Source: Mobula hypostoma
Taxonomy: Eukaryota
Reading direction: 5' to 3'
Length of the DNA: 64,000 bases
Assembly: GCF_963921235.1 (NCBI RefSeq)
Contig: NC_086108.1
Span: 42,472,001-42,536,000 of the forward strand
Shown: piece by piece, positions 36,301-48,300 of the stretch
Numbering within the stretch: the stretch's first letter is position 1
Layout of the letters: every line of letters starts with the position of its first letter
The notes under the pieces: generated by a model
Database searches by the model: none
Told to the model about the DNA's origin: nothing
The model's input: only the letters and a program-made list of their open reading frames with translations
Translations under genes and position numbers: made by a program

Positions 36301-39300
36301 TGGATAGAAGAATTTGTTCTGAAAAAATGGTCTAAATGGTTTACTTATCTGCTTTAATATTCTATGAACTAATCAATGAGGTTACTCACTCATAGTATTC
36401 CAAAGCTTTGTGTAACACCACCATCACCTCTTCGGGAAAGTTTCCTGGGTCCTGTGCTGCTGCACAAGCCAGTGCTTTGCTTTTAGCATGGTATACGTTG
36501 CCAAGGTTGTAAAGAGCTCTTGCTTCACCTCCCTGTTATTAAAACACAAAAGCAAAACAGTATGAAGTAGAGCAATGCAGAAGGGGCAGGGAAAAGGCCT
36601 GCACCCAATAATCATTAATATGTTAAGGATCGGTGCATGTTTGTAATCATGGTCATAATAATAATAATAATAATAATGGCTCCGGCTGTCTATGTAGACA
36701 ATGGATGCAGCCAGTAATCATTCCTCTCCGGAGCGCAGACCAGGGCGATGAATATGGAGATCGTGGGCTGCCCAGACATCAAGACCCCCCACTCGGCCTC
36801 GTGGATGTGATCCAAAGGAATGCGAAGCAGTACATTTGGCATCAGCTTGGCTGCAGGAGTTGCCGGGAGGTGACGTGATATGTCATGCAACTGCCTCAGG
36901 GGCTCCACTCCAGATTTGTGTTGGGTTTACTCCTTAGCCTTCTCTTCCCCTGAAGATACCCACAAGGCAGTGGGATCCGTAACCCTGGATAGGGGCCCAT
37001 ACCGGATACTATCAACTGGAGCCAGCTGAGCCCAGGACTCGTGTAAGGCAGGGTCATCACACCCTGTAGTAGTGACATATGGAGCTACTACCCACAACCA
37101 ATGGGTCAATGCTTGGTCAATGGTCATGGTTATGGTCAATGCTCATCCTAAAACAGCCAAATTTTGACTCTTGGGATTGCCTACCAAGTACTGAAACACC
37201 TAGATAGAGTGAACATGGAGAGAATGTTTCCAACAGTAGGAGAGCCCATGGTCAGCCTCAGAATAGAAGGACATCCTTTTAGAATAGAGTTCAGAAGGAA
37301 TTTCTTTAGCCAGAGGGTGGTGAACTTGAGAAAATCACTGCCACAGCCGTACAGGCCAAATCATTGGGCATATTTAAAATGGAGGTTGGTTAGTAAGAAC
37401 TTGATTAGTAAGGGCATCATTACGGGAAGGCAGGAGAAGAGCATTGAGGGGGAAGGTAAGTCAGCTGTGATTGATGGTGGAACAGACTCAATGGCCAAAA
37501 TGGCCTAATTCTACTCCTATGCCTTATAGCCCCAGTATGATGAAAGTCTAACGAAACTGCAGATTACTTTTATAATATATTCTGTTGGTTAGCCAATTTT
37601 GAATTTAAGTGATACTATAAGTTATCAATTGTTCAAACAAGTCTCAAGGCAGAGGAAATACATGTCATATGCTGTTCAGTTAAGGAAATCAGTAACCGGA
37701 TCAATTTCAAATGTAAAATAAGCATCATATGCCATAAATGGGACCACCTCAAAAATAATGCAAACACTCCGGCTTTTCCTTTATTGGCACAGAATAATGC
37801 GGAGTTCTTGATTAGTAAGGACATCATTACGGGAAGGCAGGAGAACAGCATTGAGAGGGAAAGTAAGTCAGCCATGATTGATGGTGGAACAGTCAACTGG
37901 AAAATTATGATGAATTCACGATTAATTTTCGAGCTATTCACTTCCTGTTCTTAAAAAGGAAAATTCACTTTACATTTCAAGATCTTCAGTAAACTAAATG
38001 CTACAGTGCTAGTTCACCAAAAAATACAGCTAAGGATTGGCACATTTTCTCTTAAACATAAAAGCTTATGCAATTAACTGAGGTATTTAAGAAGAAAATC
38101 AAAAGATCAAAAGAGTAAAAGTTCTCCCTTGCACACACCAGGGTCACGTTTCCCGCACTCCCTTCAAACTCAGCTGGTTCACCAAAAAATTATTCTACAG
38201 TGTAATATCTAATAATAGTTCATTGGAAGTTTGCTGGAATATTAACATAAAATAATCTCCAAACATCTGGAAAATGTGCTTGTCCAGCCTCACCCAAAGT
38301 TCTGTGCATATTGAATTTAACAGTACTTTACTATAGTTTGTCCAGGATGTGCAAGATAATTTTATCAACTCCACAGTAATTTAGTTTCACTACAGAACAT
38401 AAGAAATAGGAGCAGGAGTAGGCCATCTGGCCCGTTAAGCCTGCTTCACCATTCAATAAGATCATTGTTGATCTGGCCATGGACTCATCTCCACCTACCG
38501 ACATTTTCCCCAAAACCCTTAATTTCCCCTACTATGCAAAAATCTATCCAAACTTATCTTAAATATATTTACTGAGGTAGCCTCCACTGCTTCATTGGGC
38601 AGAGAATTCCACAGATTCACCACCGTCTGGGAAAAGCAGTTCTTCCCCATCTCAGACCTAACTTTACTCCCCCAGATCTTGAGGCTATATCTCCGAGTTC
38701 TAATCTCACCTACCAGTGGAAACAACTTTCCTGCCTCTATCTTATCTATCCCTCTTATGATCCTATATGATTTTATAAGCTCTCCTTTTATTCTTCCGAA
38801 TTCCAGCGAGTACAGTCCCAGGCGACTCAATCTCTCCTCAAAGTCTAACCCCCCCATCTCTGGAATCTACCTGGTGAACTTCCTCTGCACCGCCTCCAAA
38901 GCCAGTATATCCTTCCTCAAGTAAGGAGACCAGAACTGCATGCAGTACTCCAGTTGCAGCCTCACCTGTACCCTATACACTGTTTAACTTTCTTCATTTT
39001 ATTGTTAATTCAAAGTAATGACAATAAGCAATTATTTAACATGATCAACCTTCCAGTGAACATCATGGCAATAAACAATTACTTGATCTCTACCATTTCC
39101 TTTCAATTTCTAATACCACCATAAAAAAGTCACATCCTAACACCTGAATGGCAAATATATGCAAATGTTAATATCATTACATAAAACCGCATAGATGGTG
39201 AGGCACATTAAAGTTTTTATAATGATCATTACCTTATCACAAAGTTCTCTTGAAATATCTAGATGTCTTTGGCAGCAAACTATAGCTTCATCAAACCGCC

Positions 39301-42300
39301 TCAAAACCTTAAAAGTATTGCCAAGGTTGCCACTAGCCTTAGCTTCTCCTAGTCGATCGCCAATTGTTCTGAAAATTAAGCAAATAAATTAAAACATGCA
39401 ACTGGCAATGTTTCCGCATGGCACTTGTTCTTAATGCCCATCTCACCTTTTAAGCCGCTTACACTGTGATCTTGTTGAAAGAATTTACTCTGATTAAAAC
39501 AAATTAGCTACATTTATTCCCAAGAACCTTTTGGTCACCTATTTGGTGGTGATAACTACAAACTTGCCTGGAATGCGAATATTAACACGTGCACTCTGTT
39601 TATTTCATCATTACAACATCTAGACTTGATTATTTTATTGTCGCAACTCTGTAGAACATTGTCAGGCAAGCTACAAATCAAATGTTGACCATCTCTTCTC
39701 CCCCCCACCCCCATTTCCCACTCTGACCTTTCACTTCTCACCTGCCTATTAATTCCCTATGTCCCCACCTCCTTCCTTTTTACCTATTGTCCACTCTCCT
39801 CTCCTATCAGATTCTTTCTTCTCCAGCCCTTGACCTTTCCCACCCACCCGGCTTCACATTATCACCTTCCAGCTAGCGTCTTTCCCCTCCTGCCACCTTT
39901 TTATTCTGGCTTCTTCCCCCTTCCTTCTCAGTCCTGAAGAAGGATCTCTGCCGGAACATTGACTGTTTACTCTTTTCCATAGATGCTTTCTGACCTGCTG
40001 AGTTCCTCCAGCTGTGAGAAAGAGGGAGATAGTGAGAGAGTGAGAAGCTGCTTTGGAGTTCCAGCACTTCTAGACTTTGTCGTGTTTGTTTTCAACAAGG
40101 ATAAATTGAAATATTGGTGGAATTTCAACATCAGAACAAGAATTTTAAACCACCATGGGAAGGGGTGGGAAAACAGGACATGCTGAATTGGGAAATGTAG
40201 AGCAGGGTTTTAAACGTTTCACATGCTGACACAATATGGTCTCACTTCTTTTTTAATATATTTATTCATTCTTGGGATGCAAGCAAGTTTGATATTTATT
40301 AGTCATTACAATTCCCCACCTCCACGTGGTGAGGATACAACCTGAAATTAATATTGTGGGAGAGGTTCCAAGATTTTATCAAGATTCAAGATTTTAAAGT
40401 TCCAAAAAATTTCAAGATGTAGCATAGTGGTTCGTGAGATGTGTTACAGCTCGGGACATTCTGGAGTTTGGAGATCGATTTCAGCGCCACGCTGTAAGGA
40501 GTCTCTGTACACTTTCCCCATGGACTGCGCAGTTTCCCCCGGGCGCTCTGGTTTCCTCCCACAGTCCAAAGACATACCAGGTAGGTTAACTGGTCATGGT
40601 AAATTGTCCTGTAATTAGGTTAGGGTTAATTGGGGTTGTTGGGGCAGAAGGGCCTAGTCCACTGTGTGTTGCTGAATAAAATAATGTTTTAACCAAAACA
40701 TAACAGCCTCATATACCAAGATCAATGGTGTGACTCTGAAGTAGGAGGTGGTAATATTACAATGTGATAGCTGATCTTGTGCTTATAGGCAGTAGAGGTA
40801 ATGAGTTTTTGAGGAAGATTTTTATCATGTTGAGAGGGAGAAGTTCATACTCAGTTTCTAATCCATTACAATACCAGCAATATTCATGTATTTTTTTCAA
40901 GTTTGTGCTGGCTGACACAAGAAATGCATGGAATGTCAAAGGGAAGACCTCCCACCTCTTTGTGTAGTTGATATATCCCCCCCCCCATTTATCATCCTTA
41001 CCTCCTCAGACTAAATGATTCACTAAAAAAATCATTATTAGAGCTAATAATCATGCAATAAGAGGCCATTCCTAACTCTGATAGTTTTAATAATCTTCTT
41101 TCCATAACAAAAAAAAAGGATACCAGGAACCCCAGCAACAAAACAGGTTCTGTGCAGACTGAATTCCAATAACTCCTTTTTCAGTTTTAGGGACTTAGAG
41201 GACAGTGATGTGTTTTCTAAAGCAATTGTCATCAATTTCAGAGTTTCTTAGTATTATACTCAGCCCAATGCTACATGAAAGCAAGGGTGGTCAGTCACTC
41301 TCAGCTCGGTGCTGGAATTTGACTCTTGTTTATAATTGGATTCAGGTAGTAATGGACATTGATTAGAAAAAATAAACCTGCTCCTTAATACTTAGGTTAA
41401 GTATTCCAAAGTTACACAATCAATGATGTCCCATTGTTATTTTGTGAGGAATCAACAATAGCTCATGTTATATTGTTTTCTGTTTTGCTGTCAGGAAACA
41501 AATCACACAGTTTTACTTTGATGGGTAAATGCTCTTAACTATATGGGAAAAGCTGGGCTAAAGTTACAGCAACATCTGAAGCCTGTGCCTTTTTCACATT
41601 GGTCAAAAAAATAGAGCTCGTTTACTTTAATGAGATTCCAAGTCTGGGCCTCAGAAAGCAGCTTAAAGGAAGTAGCAACATGGCACCTCAGCCTGGGGGT
41701 TGTACGGGCTTCCATCTCAGGATGAACTCTCTAATTAAAGCTCAAGATGATCATGGAACCTCCAGCTGCTTTTAAAAAAAGTATAATTATCCACCACACA
41801 CTAAAACTTGAGTCTTCAGTTACAGGGATACTTTGCTTTTTGTACAGCTTTGCATTATGCCTCTGCCATTTAATTAGAAGTCATTTGGTCCAATCTAGTT
41901 ACATTAAGCTTTTGAAGAAATGTAAGAAATTCAAGCTATGTTTATTGTCATAAGCACAATGCACAGGTGCAATGAAAGACGTACCAGTACCAGGACCACA
42001 AACACATAGCATCGGATAAACAGTGTATACAAGAAAAACAAATTATACACAACTTTGACAAGAAAGAACACAATTAAAAAAAAAAGCCCTCTTTAGTGCA
42101 AACTGATAACAGTGGTCAAAGTGGTTGTGTCAGTTGATTTAAGAACCAAATGGTTGAAGAGAAGCAGCTGTTCTCGAGCCTGGTGGCTTAGGACTTCAGA
42201 CGTCTGTACCTTCTGCGCAATGGTAGCTGCAAGAAGATGACATGGCCCAGATGGCGGGGACCTTTGATGATGGGTGTTGCCTTCTTGAGTCAGTACCTCC

Positions 42301-45300
42301 TGTGGTAACTACTGATACTGAAGAGAGATATGCTCATGGTGTACTGAGCAGAGTCCACTACACTGCAGCTTCTAACATTCCTGCACATTTCAGCTGCTGT
42401 ACCAGATCATGATACAATCAGTCAGGACACTTTCAATAGAACACCCGTAAAGTTTGTTAGGTTGTTCCTGAACATCCTTAATCTCCTAAGAAAAGTAAAG
42501 ATGCTGGCAGAGTTTCCTTCTATATGCACGACCCAGGATAGGTCATCCACAAACTTAAAGCTGCAGACTTTACACTGCTGATTCCCCCAATGTACACTGA
42601 CAATGTTCACTTTCCAAAATTTGCAATCAGCTCAAGTGAAGGTTGATAACCTCCCCTTAAGGTGTTTAGGAATCCTTAATATCCTTAAGGAGATAGCTTA
42701 AGCTCTAACCACAATATTTAATCAAACTGAATAACAATTTAGCCAAATCAACAAGCAAATTGTAAAATGTTCTTATTTAAAACTCTGAAGGAACAGTCAA
42801 ATCAGATAATATTATGGAAAAACTACTGGGAAACACTGTCAAGAACTTTTTTAAAAATTGCACTTAGGTAAGCATATAATGTAGTCATGCATAAACACAA
42901 AGTTCTTACAAGGCAGTCAGCAATGGAAGCTAAATAATGCTCAACTAATGTTGATCTGGTTATTTAAGTGAAGAGATTGAAAGAGGTGGGGCAAGAATAT
43001 ACTATGGTAAGTCATAAGGATGAGATTCTGCAGATGCTGGAAGACAGCAGGTCAGAGAGCATCTATGGAAAAGAATGGAGAGAAGGGATGAAGTAAGATG
43101 CTGAGAGGTGGTAGGTGGAAGAGATAAGGGGTTGAAAGAGGAATCCAACAGGAGAGGGGAGTGGACCACGGGAGAAAAGGAAGGAGTGGGGCAGGTGAAG
43201 AGAAAGGAAGGGGTAAGAGAGGAACCAGAAGGAGGAATGGAAAAGCAAGAAGGAGGAAGGATGAGAAATTACCAAAAGTTAATGGGGAAAGAAGATCAAT
43301 GATCATGCTGTTAGTTTGGAGGCTACCGAGGCACAATATGAGGTGTTGTTCCTCCAGCCTCAGAGTAGTAGAAGAGGTCATTGACCAACAAGTCTGAATG
43401 GGAATGGGAAATCAAATTGAAGTGGGTGGCCATCGGGAAATCCTATGTCTTCTGAGAAGGATGGAGCATAAGTGCTATATATCACCTAAAAATTAAATTA
43501 AATTAGCACTGCAAGAGCAGAGAGAGAAAAAAAGAAAAAATAGTGAGGTAGTGTACATGGATTCATTGCCCAGTAAGAAATTTGATGGCAGTGGGGAAGA
43601 AGCTGTTTCAAAAGCGTTGAATGTCTCTTCAGGATCCTGTACCACTTCTTAAATGGGAACAATGAGAAGAGAGCAAATTTATAGATGACATTTGAGCTGT
43701 ACCTAGCCGCACAGTCATAGATGTAGAGAATAGAGCAGTCAGCAAAGCACACATCCTTGAGGTATGCCAGTGTTGATTGGCAACAAAGAAATGATGTTAT
43801 TTCTGTTCTACACTTACTGTGGTCTCCCAACGAGGAAGTCAAGGATCCAGTTGCAGAGGGAGGTACAGAGGACCAAGTTTAAATGGTTCTGTTTATTATC
43901 AGAGAATGTATACAGTATACAACCTGAAATGCTTAGTCTTAGCAGACATCCATGGAAAACAGAACCCAAAAGAATGAACGACAGAAAAAAATGTTAGAAC
44001 CCCAAAGCCCCCACTCCTCCACACAGGCAGCAACAATGCATCAACCTCCACATCCCCATCCACTTCAGCAAAAAGTGTCAGTGTTTCTCTCTCACTCAGT
44101 CACTCACATGGGACAGAGAGATTGTCTTCCCTTCCCCTCTGAAATGGGTAAGGGAAGACTAACAGTCACTGTTACGATGTTATAGTCTGCTGCATCACTT
44201 TTAATTCCAAAATGCGTGGCAGAAAGCAGGATCTCCCAGTGGCCATGCATTTTGGTTCCACGTCCCATTCCCATTCTGGCGTGTCTGTCCGTGGCCTCCT
44301 CTGCTGTGGAGATGGGGCCGCAATCGGGTTGGAGGAGCAGCGCCTTGTGTTCCGCCTGGGTGGCCTCCAGCCTGGTGGTGTGGACGTCGACTTCTCTGGC
44401 TTCCGCTGGTGCCCCGCCTCCCCCTCGTGCCCCATCCGTTATTTGTTTTTATACACACATTCTTTCTCTCGCTCTCCTTTTTCTCCCTCTGTCCCTCTGA
44501 CTGTACCCCTTGCCCATCCTCTGGTTCCCCCCACCCCCCGCTTGTCTTTCTCCCCGGACCTCCTGTCCTGTGATCCTCTCATATCCCTTTTGCCAATCAC
44601 CTGTCCAGCTCTTGGCTCCATCCCTCCCCCTCCTGTCTTCTCCTATCATTTTGGATCTCCCCTTCCCCTCCCACTTTCAAATCTCTTACTAACTCTTCCT
44701 TCAGTTAGTCCTGACGAAGGGTCTCGGCCTGAAACGTCGACTGTACCTCTTCCTAGAGATGCTGCCTGGCCTGCTGCGTTCACCAGCAACTTTGATGTGT
44801 GTTACCCTTATACTTTATACTTTATTGTCGCCAAACAATTGATATTAGAACATACAATCATCACAGCGATATTTGATTCTGCGCTTCCCACTCCCTGGAT
44901 TACAAATCGATAGTAAATATTAAAAATTTAAATTATAAATCATAAATAGAAAATAGAAAATAGAAAAATGGAAAGTAAGGTAGTGCAAAAAAACCGAGAG
45001 GCAGGTTCGGATATCTGGAGGGTACGGCCCAGATCCGGGTCAGGATCCGTTCAGCAGTCTTATCACAGTTGGAAAGAAGCTATTCCCAAATCTGGCCGTA
45101 AGAGTCTTCAAGCTCCTGAGCCTTCTCCCGGAGGGAAGAGGGACAAAAAGTGTGTTGGCTGGGTGGGTCGTGTCCTTGATTATCCGGGGCAGCACTGCTC
45201 TGACAGCGTGCGGTGTAAAGTGAGTCCAAGGACGGAAGACTGGTTTGTGTGATGTGCTGCGCCGTGTTCACGATCCTCTGCAGCTTCTTCTGGTCTTGGA

Positions 45301-48300
45301 CAGGACAACTTCCATACCAGGTTGTGATGCACCCTAGAAGAATGCTTTCAACGGTGCATCTATAAAAATTAGTGAGGGTTTTATGGGACAGGTCAAATTT
45401 CTTTAGTTTTCTCAGGAAGTAAAGGCGCTGGTGGGCCTTCTTGGCAGTGGACTCTGTTTGGTTGGACCAAGTCAGGTCATTTGTGATATTGACCCTGAGG
45501 AACTTAAAGCTTTTGACCTGTTCCACTTGCGCACCATCGATGTAAATTGGGTTGTGCGGTCTGCTACTCCTTCTGAAGTCAACAACCAATTCCTTCGTCT
45601 TGCTGACGTTGAGGGATGCTCTGACATCAGCCTGAGAGACACAGATTACAGGGTCACAGATGCTGCATGGGTTCACACAGTGTAGCTTTATTCTCCCTTT
45701 TAAAGTGTGCATAAAAGGCATTTAGCTCATCTGGGTGTGAAGCGTCTGTCATTCATGTTAGATTTTGCCTCATAGGAAGTAATGGCCTGCAAACACTGCC
45801 AGAGCTGACAAGCATCTACCCGATTCAGTCTCTAACCTCAATCAGAAATTTTCTCACCTTAGAATAGCTTTCCATAGGTTGTACCTGGATTTCTTGTACA
45901 GTTCTGGATCACCAGTCTTGAATGGCCTGGGCATATACTCGTAGGCAAACATTCACCCACACCGGTCTTGAAGAAGTCAGTGACAATTGTGGCATATTCA
46001 TTCAGACTTAAAGATGAATCCCTGAATATTGTCCAGTCCAACAACTCAAAGCACTCTTCTGCATCCCTTGACCATACCTGCTTGGTCCTCAGCACTGGTG
46101 CTGTGGTCTTTAGACTCTGTCTATGCGCTAGAGTAGAAGTACAGCCAGGTGATTGGACTTTCCAAAGTGTGTCTTGGGATGGAACAGTAGGTATTCTTGA
46201 TGGTGGTCGAGTGTATTGGCTCCTGGTGATATATCAGTGGGAGTTGTTCAGAGACATCTTCCAAGTTGGCCTGGTCAAAATCCAGGATGTGGCTGCTGGT
46301 CACGGTGCTCAGCTCCTCCAGTGCCTGCCTGATGTTGACAAAGAATGGAATGAACACCGCTACCAGTAAGACAGCAGAAAATTCGGTCGGCAGATAAAAT
46401 GGATCATACATGACTGTGAGCTGTTCCAGGTCAAGGGAGCAGGAATGGAACTGAACCATCAAGTCTTTGTACCACGATGAGTTAATTATGAAGCATATTC
46501 CCCCTCCTCTAACCTTAAAAGACTCAATTGACCCGCCTTTACAGTGAATGGTGAAGCCATTCATTTGCAGCACCTCATCCAAAATGATGGGGGTCAGCTA
46601 TGTTTCTGTGAAGCAAAGTACGCAGCAGTCTGTGATGTCCCTTGGTACTGCAATCTTGCTCTGAGCTCTTACAGTTTTATTTTCCAAGAGACTGTACTTT
46701 CACTAACAGGATAGTGGGGGGGGGGGAGCCTCTACGTTTTAATCGTACTTTAGCCCAGCACGCCTTCCCAACTTCCATTTTCTTAAATGTGAACGGCCCT
46801 CGTGACCTGAGTCTGCCATCCAGGGTCTGTCACTTTTGAGAATCGATAGATTTTTTAAAAATGTCTTAAAAAGATGATGCCTCCTGAAGTACCCAAGGCT
46901 GTGACTGGAGTTCGGCTGTATTACTCCTAAACAAGAAATGTTTGCTGATTCCCATCGGAGCTGCATGCTTATTGGCACTGCCTTGAAGGAAAGGAAAATT
47001 GAAAAATGGAAAGAAAATTGGTAGTAGAAAGGAAACCCTGTTCTTTGAAGAAGGAAGTTATCTTACATGTTCTGGAATGGAAAGCTTCACCCTGAGAACA
47101 GATACAGCAGAGATGTTGGAACTAAAGAAACAACTGAAGAAGGTGAGAAGAGGTCTAGTCAGGATAGCTGTGAGAGAGTGGATTTATAAAGTAAATCACT
47201 AGATATTCTGCCTCCAAGAACTTTGTATACATTGATATTAAAATGGATGAAGAGGGATGAACCAAGCCAAATAAATCAGTTTTCGAACTAAGTCCGTAAC
47301 CTGAATTAAATCCAGTGACCTTTGTATACTTGCAGGTAAATATTTACAGGCAGAGTGTTTGCTTACCTTGCGAGTGTCAGGTCATGATGGTGGTACTCCA
47401 GAGCTTTAGAATAATCATGCAAATAAAAATAAGCATTTCCAAGCTGACTGTAGATAGCACTGAGAGTTTTCAGATCCTCTGTTCCAACCTGAACTGCTGC
47501 TTCAAAAAATGATACCCCAGCTCGACAGTCTCCTGCTTTACAGAGTCGTTCACCTTCTAAAGCTAGCTCCAAACAGGAAGCCTCCATTCTGAAAAAAACC
47601 AAGAAGCATTAAGGAATTCTTGTCATCTGCTCTTAAGCAAATAAAAGGAGAGAGATCCAAATGAATAAAGGCCCCTAGAATTGAAGGTGGGGAAAATGCG
47701 GAAGAGTTAAACTGATATGTGTACCCAATAATCCTAAAAGAAGCAAGTACTAAAATAGCAGATGCAGTAGTTGGAATACAAATATGAAAAAGTCTGCAAA
47801 TGCAGGAAATCCAAAGCAACACGCACACAAATGCTGGAGGAGCAGCGGGCAGCATCTAAGGAAAAGAATAAAGAATAAAAATCGATGTTTCACGCCAAGG
47901 CCCCTCTTCAGGACTGAGAAGGGGAAAGATGCCAGGATAAAAAGGTGGGGGGCGGAGAGGGAAAGAGGTTTGCTGGAAGGTGATGGGTGAAGCCAGGTGG
48001 GTGGGGAAGATCAAAGGCTGGAGAAGAAAGAATCTGATAGGAGAGGAGAATGGATAATGGGAGAAAAGGGAGGAGGGGGGAACCCAGAGGGAAGTAATAG
48101 GCAGATGAGAGGGAAAAAAAATCAATCCATGGTCTTCTAGTGCCAGGAGGAGGCCACCTTCAGGGTGGAGGAGCAACACCTTATATTCCGTTTGTGTACC
48201 CTCCAAACTAATGGCATGAGTATCGATTTCTCCTTCCAGTAAACAAATACCCCCGCCCCAAACTCCTCTATTCCCCACTCAGACCTTCTACTTCTTTTCA

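Noticed and set aside
44212..44913. 233-aa ORF as a novel gene
   Set aside because: It is a PLE ORF end reading through an A>G-converted stop into the pLTR; no independent gene features.
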